The position numbers and the translations under genes were made by a program. DNA of 32,000 bases from Aeropyrum pernix K1. GTDB lineage: Archaea; Thermoproteota; Thermoprotei_A; Sulfolobales; Acidilobaceae. Below are positions 27,596-32,000 of the stretch, one piece after another (the stretch's first letter is position 1; each line of letters opens with the position of its first letter). Location of the stretch: the NCBI RefSeq assembly GCF_000011125.1, contig NC_000854.2, forward strand, positions 420,001 to 452,000, in the 5' to 3' direction. The notes beneath the pieces were generated by a model, which saw only the letters and a program-made list of their open reading frames with translations, did no database searches and had not been told where the DNA came from.

Positions 27596-28753
27596 TTGCA
27601 GATGGATAGGGGTGGGGTTCTGAGGGTTGCAGCGGCGGCGCTTCCAGCCTACGCCTACTTCTACAACGTGGGCTCCATAGGCTTCTGGCTCCCCCTCCAC
27701 GTGAGGGAGCTCGGCTGGCCATACACCTACATAACGCTGATAGCCACCTGGTACTTCGTCGCCGTCACCCTGGCCACCCCCCTCGTCGGCCTGCTCTCCG
27801 ACCTGACCAGGAGGCCGGGCTACATACTGGCTGGCGGCATGGCTGTGGTGGCCGCCACCTCGGTGGCCATACCCCACGTGGAGAACCCTCCACTACTCAT
27901 GGCACTCAGGGCCCTCCAGGGCCTGGGGCTGGCCGTGGGTCTCCCGATAGCCCTCGGCAGCCTCTCGCTTATACAGGGTGTTAGGAGGGGTGTGGCCTCG
28001 ACTGTTATAGCCTCGGGGCTGGGAATGTCGGGGGGAGCATTCCTCTCCGGCCTCATGGTGGAGTACCTGGGGTTCCCGGCGCTCTTCTACGCGGCCGCAG
28101 TCCCCGCTGCACTCTCAACCCTAGTGGCTTTGGGGTGGAGGCCGCCTCCCCCTCCCTCCGGGAGCCCCGGGCTCCTGGCCGCCCTCCGGAGTATGCCGTG
28201 GGAGGTGCTTGTTGTAATGGCTGGTATAGCGGTTAGGAACACGTTCGCCAGCGGGGTGTTCAGCGTTGTATCCATTATTTTTAACAAGATAGTGGGGATA
28301 TCCTATACAGCCACCGGAGTGGTGCTGGCTATAAACCCCGCGGTGCAGGCTTCCGTCACAACAGTTTTCGAGAGGATCATGAGGGGCCGAGCTCTCCTCC
28401 TATACTCCACAGGCCTGAGCGGCACCGCTCTAGCGTTCTACCTCTACCTGACAGCAGGCTCAGCGCTGGACCTAGCAGCCGCCCAGATAGCCCTAGGAGC
28501 CTTCTACGGCGCCACCGTAGTCTCCGGAAACACCATGATAATAGCCCTGGCCCCCAGCGAGATAAGGTACACCGCATCAAGCCTCTACACATTCGCCTTC
28601 AACATAGGCTGGATACTAGGCACTAGCATAGCCGGGAAGGTTATGGACGCGGCCGGCGTAGACGCATGGATAAAGCTGGCTATCGCAGGCACCCTAGTCT
28701 CAGGGCTGATACCCCTGACACTGCTGGCGTCACCCAGGGCGAGAAGGATATAG
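27596..28753 (+). CDS. Major facilitator superfamily transporter, 385 aa
   Basis: ~12 hydrophobic helices, GLLSDLTRRPGYILAGG motif between TM2 and TM3. TATA-like GGATATAATG at ~27561. Confidence 0.85.
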   Translation: MQMDRGGVLRVAAAALPAYAYFYNVGSIGFWLPLHVRELGWPYTYITLIATWYFVAVTLATPLVGLLSDLTRRPGYILAGGMAVVAATSVAIPHVENPPLLMALRALQGLGLAVGLPIALGSLSLIQGVRRGVASTVIASGLGMSGGAFLSGLMVEYLGFPALFYAAAVPAALSTLVALGWRPPPPPSGSPGLLAALRSMPWEVLVVMAGIAVRNTFASGVFSVVSIIFNKIVGISYTATGVVLAINPAVQASVTTVFERIMRGRALLLYSTGLSGTALAFYLYLTAGSALDLAAAQIALGAFYGATVVSGNTMIIALAPSEIRYTASSLYTFAFNIGWILGTSIAGKVMDAAGVDAWIKLAIAGTLVSGLIPLTLLASPRARRI

Positions 28754-28943
28754 AGCCTCTACATACATCAAAATATCCTAATCTTGCTTCTCCTCCTCTC
28801 GGCGGCCGTGGCTAGTGGGAGGCTGGAGCGGGAGACGGTTCATCCCGCCCTGCAAACGCGGCAAATGCTCCTAACGCGGGGGGTATGATGCCGGGGAAAA
28901 ACCCCTATGGTAGGATGGCCTGGTCTGGGAGGTGGTTTTGGTG

Positions 28944-29885
28944 TTACTCTCTGAGCTGTGGGGGTAGTGTTTCGACTAGCTTCTTCACAGCCTGCACTGC
29001 CTCGTCGAACTTTCTCTTCTCATCCTCGGTTAACGGCAGCTCTATTATCCTCTCTATACCGCTCTTGCCTATGACCGCGGGCACTTCAGCCACTATGTCG
29101 TTGTACCCGTACTCGCCCTGGAGGTAGAGGCTGTAGGGGTATATCCTCTTGGAGTCCCTCTTTATCGCCTCAACCGTGAGCACTAGCCCTGCCGCGGGGC
29201 CGTAGTTGCTGCTGTACCCCCTTAGCTCGGTTATCTTCGCCCCCGCGTTCACCGTCTCTGAGACAACCTCCTCTATCTCCTCCTTGGACATGAGGTGCTC
29301 CAGCGGGACGCCGCCCACGCTGGATAGCCTGGGCACCGGGAACATCTTCTGGCCGTGCATACCTAGCACTATGGCGTTGACGCTTTTGAAGCTGACTCCA
29401 AGCTTCTGGGAGATGTAGTAGGCCATCCTGGCGGAGTCGAGTATGCCGCTGAACCCTATAACCCTCTCCCTCGGGAACCCGGTCTTCTTGTACATTACGT
29501 AGGTCATCGCGTCGACAGGGTTAGTGGTTATAACCACTATGGCGTCCTTAGCGTAGGCCTTGATCTTCTCGGCCAGGTCGGCCATGGTGTTGGCGTTTGC
29601 CTCGAGGAGCTGCTCCCTAGTCATGCCGGGCTTCCTGCCTATACCTGCGGTAACCAGAACTATGTCGCTCCCCCTCATGTCCTCGTAGCTGTTGCTCCCA
29701 CTGATCCTTATGTCGACTCCGAGCTCGGCGGCGGCGTGGGCCAGGTCGAGCGCCTCGCCCTGGGGCTTCCCAGGGGTCCTGGCTATGAGTAGGAGGTCGT
29801 CGTAACCCCTCATCATAAGCATGACCGCTGTGGCCATTCCGACCTTGCCAGCGCCAAGTATTGTTATCAAGGGCTGTCCCACCAT
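28944..29885 (-). CDS. mdh: Malate dehydrogenase (LDH-like family), 313 aa
   Basis: ITILGAGKVGMATAVMLMMRG, GSDIVLVTAGIGRKPGMTREQLLEANANTMADLAEKI, VVITTNPVDAMTYVMYKKTGFPRERVIGFSGILDSARMAYYI, IVLGMHGQKMFPVPRLSSVGG. Confidence 0.95.
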   Translation of the reverse strand: MVGQPLITILGAGKVGMATAVMLMMRGYDDLLLIARTPGKPQGEALDLAHAAAELGVDIRISGSNSYEDMRGSDIVLVTAGIGRKPGMTREQLLEANANTMADLAEKIKAYAKDAIVVITTNPVDAMTYVMYKKTGFPRERVIGFSGILDSARMAYYISQKLGVSFKSVNAIVLGMHGQKMFPVPRLSSVGGVPLEHLMSKEEIEEVVSETVNAGAKITELRGYSSNYGPAAGLVLTVEAIKRDSKRIYPYSLYLQGEYGYNDIVAEVPAVIGKSGIERIIELPLTEDEKRKFDEAVQAVKKLVETLPPQLRE

Positions 29886-30006
29886 ATCCTCATAGTCTAA
29901 AGATGTAGAATTAATAAGTCTCCGGAGTAACCGGCGGAACTCCGCGCCACGGGAATTTCTTAATTACGCTTGCTCTCCCAGGGCTAATTGGGATTGCGGG
30001 GGACGG

Positions 30007-32000
30007 GTGTTGCTGCTGCCCAGGATGCTGGAGGAGGTGGTGTTAGCGGTCCCCGCCAGGGATTACGACAGGGTTGTGGCGGGGCTGGCAGTTGAGGGTA
30101 TATTCCACGTCGACTCGCCGCCCCAGGGCGTCAAGGGGGAGGTGGACAGGAGCTACAGGGCCCTGCTGACCCAGGCTTCCGAGAGGTCCTCGAGGATAAG
30201 GCAGTATTTCGACCTAGCGGGGGTGGAGCCCTACAGGGTGTCGGGGGTAGAGATAGAGGTTGGAGGGTGGGGCGAGAGCTGGAAGAGGTATCTAGAGAAG
30301 TACTCCGGGGTGGAGAAGTTCTACTCTGGCCTCCTTGAGGAGTACTCCGAGGCCGAGGCCAGGCTTAAGGAGCTTCTCGACATCGAGGCCAGGATAGCCC
30401 CTGTGGCGCATTTAGATGTTGATATAGCCAGGCTCTACAGGTCGGGGGCCTTCGACTTCGCAGTCTACTACGGGAGCTACTCTGAGGGGCTGGAGTCTAG
30501 GGTCGGCGAGATAGTGTCGAGGGTCGGCGGGCTCGCCGCCGTGGAGGCCTCGGGCGGCTCTGTGGTCGTCGCTGTTGCGGTTCCGAAGGGCGCTCTGTCA
30601 AAAATATCCCCCGAGATTCTCAGGCTGAACCTCTCGATATACACCCCCCCAGAGGGGGTTCCGGGGAGCCCGAGGGAGGCTATGGAGTACATTAGGGGGG
30701 AGAAGGCTAGGCTGGGTAGGAGGCTGGTTAGCATACAGGAGATGGCCTCCGAGAGGCTCGGCGAGCTGGCCGAGTTCTACACCGTCGTCACTGCGTTCGA
30801 AAACATCTTCAAGTTCTTAGTGTCGACCCTCCGGAGGGGTGAGACCAGGATAGTCAGGGGGTTTGTAGACGTCCGCGACTCTGGGAGGCTCAGGAGCATA
30901 GTGGATAGGATGACGCGGGGCAGCTACGTCCTCCTCAGCCTCGGCGTCAGGAGGGGCGGCGAGGCCCCAATCCCCAGCAAGGTGGACCTCCCCCAGTTCC
31001 TCAAACCCTTCTCCAGGGTTGTGGAGCTCTACGGGTATCCAGAGCCGAACGAGATAGTACCCACGGTGTTCCTCGCGATAACCCTACCCCTGACATTCGC
31101 CTTGATGTTCCCCGACGCAGGCCAGGGCCTCCTCGTACTCCTATTCTCGCTATTCTACCTGAGGAGGGTGAGCAGGGACTGGGCGTACGTGATAGCCGTT
31201 ATGGGGGGTGCGAGCGTAGTCTCGGGCCTGCTGGCGGGCGAGGTGTTCGGCCCTCTCGTGTCTAAGATGCTAGGTCTGCCGGAGCTGTGGTACAGGCTGG
31301 GTCTCGAGACGCCGCCCTACGCCATGCCGACGTACGCCATAGACCACGGTGAGGAGGAGCTTGTGCCTGTACTCGTCTATAGGGCGTTGAACGTCAGCCT
31401 CTTCATGGGCGCCTTCATGCTGAGCTTCGGAACTTTTCTCGGCGTTGTGAACGGGGTTATAAAGAGGGACTGGGTCGGCCTGGTGGAGTCTAGGCTGCCG
31501 AGGTTCCTCCTGTTCGCCTCGATAACAGGACCCTTCCTAGTCTACATGGACGCGGGGGAGGCTGGATCAGTCTTAAGGCAGGCCCTCCTAGAGCTGGGGG
31601 GCGACAGCATAGCGGCTAAGCTGGTTCTAGCCGGCTCTGTGCTCGGCCTGGCCTGGATGCTGCTGGCAGGCCCCATAATCTACATGCTCGAGGGCCACAG
31701 CCCCCTGGCAGGCCTAGCCAACAGCTTCCTGGAGGCCTACGAGTCTCTGCTCATGCTGGTGGGCAACATACCCAGCTTCCTCAGGATTATGGCCCTAGCC
31801 CTCGCCCACTCCAGCCTGATGTTCGTCATCTACTACCTAACAGTCATGATAATGCAGGGCGGCATACTGGCCGACGTTGTGGGTGCCCTCCTGTACGTGG
31901 GAGGCAACCTCGCCGTGGCTGCTATGGAGGGGCTGCTGGCGTTCGCCCACGCCTCGAGGCTGCACTTCTACGAGTGGTTCAGCAAGTTCTACAGCGGCAC
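30007..32000 (+). CDS. atpI: A-type/V-type ATP synthase subunit I (a), partial (runs off right edge)
   Basis: GTG at 30007 (alternative ATG 30025): LLLPRMLEEVVLAVPARDYDRVVAGLAVEGIFHVD. Long coiled-coil region, then membrane domain with final residues ASRLHFYEWFSKFYSG typical of subunit I. Not in the ORF track because it is truncated. Confidence 0.88.
   Translation, partial: MLLLPRMLEEVVLAVPARDYDRVVAGLAVEGIFHVDSPPQGVKGEVDRSYRALLTQASERSSRIRQYFDLAGVEPYRVSGVEIEVGGWGESWKRYLEKYSGVEKFYSGLLEEYSEAEARLKELLDIEARIAPVAHLDVDIARLYRSGAFDFAVYYGSYSEGLESRVGEIVSRVGGLAAVEASGGSVVVAVAVPKGALSKISPEILRLNLSIYTPPEGVPGSPREAMEYIRGEKARLGRRLVSIQEMASERLGELAEFYTVVTAFENIFKFLVSTLRRGETRIVRGFVDVRDSGRLRSIVDRMTRGSYVLLSLGVRRGGEAPIPSKVDLPQFLKPFSRVVELYGYPEPNEIVPTVFLAITLPLTFALMFPDAGQGLLVLLFSLFYLRRVSRDWAYVIAVMGGASVVSGLLAGEVFGPLVSKMLGLPELWYRLGLETPPYAMPTYAIDHGEEELVPVLVYRALNVSLFMGAFMLSFGTFLGVVNGVIKRDWVGLVESRLPRFLLFASITGPFLVYMDAGEAGSVLRQALLELGGDSIAAKLVLAGSVLGLAWMLLAGPIIYMLEGHSPLAGLANSFLEAYESLLMLVGNIPSFLRIMALALAHSSLMFVIYYLTVMIMQGGILADVVGALLYVGGNLAVAAMEGLLAFAHASRLHFYEWFSKFYSG

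Noticed and set aside
1-32000. Mobile elements, integrases, toxin-antitoxin or defence modules
   Set aside because: No transposase, integrase, PIN/VapB-like, restriction, Cas or Argonaute motifs recognised in the listed ORFs or partial frames.

Overview
The window looks like a compact, GC-rich archaeal chromosome segment. Frequent GTG/TTG starts, TATA-type promoters, GGGP synthase, TiaS, archaeal PriL, Sec61-beta and A-type ATPase subunit I all point to a hyperthermophilic crenarchaeon, probably Aeropyrum-like. The + and - strand genes are mostly housekeeping: a MazG-like protein, GGGP synthase, an Elf1-like Zn protein, adenosylhomocysteinase, M20 peptidase, metallo-hydrolase, AdoMetDC/ArgDC family, PEP synthase, Sec61-beta, TiaS, a RAM-domain protein, HisS, RpiA, PriL, TenA, an MFS transporter, malate dehydrogenase and ATPase subunit I. 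Three RNA genes are well supported: an intron-containing CAU-anticodon tRNA (8497-8611), a Leu(CAA) tRNA (26761-26848), and an RNase P RNA on the minus strand (25313-25656) closed by a perfect 20-bp terminal helix. The RNase P gene is masked in the ORF track by a false N-terminal extension of priL. The least explained items are a giant secreted repetitive protein (<1-5475, minus) missing from the ORF track, a candidate dual-guide C/D box sRNA next to the intron-containing tRNA, an uncharacterised radical SAM protein paired with a small protein, a 22-nt direct repeat in the large intergenic region before the RNase P gene, and several small or secreted orphan proteins. I found no CRISPR array, transposon or clear new defence system.
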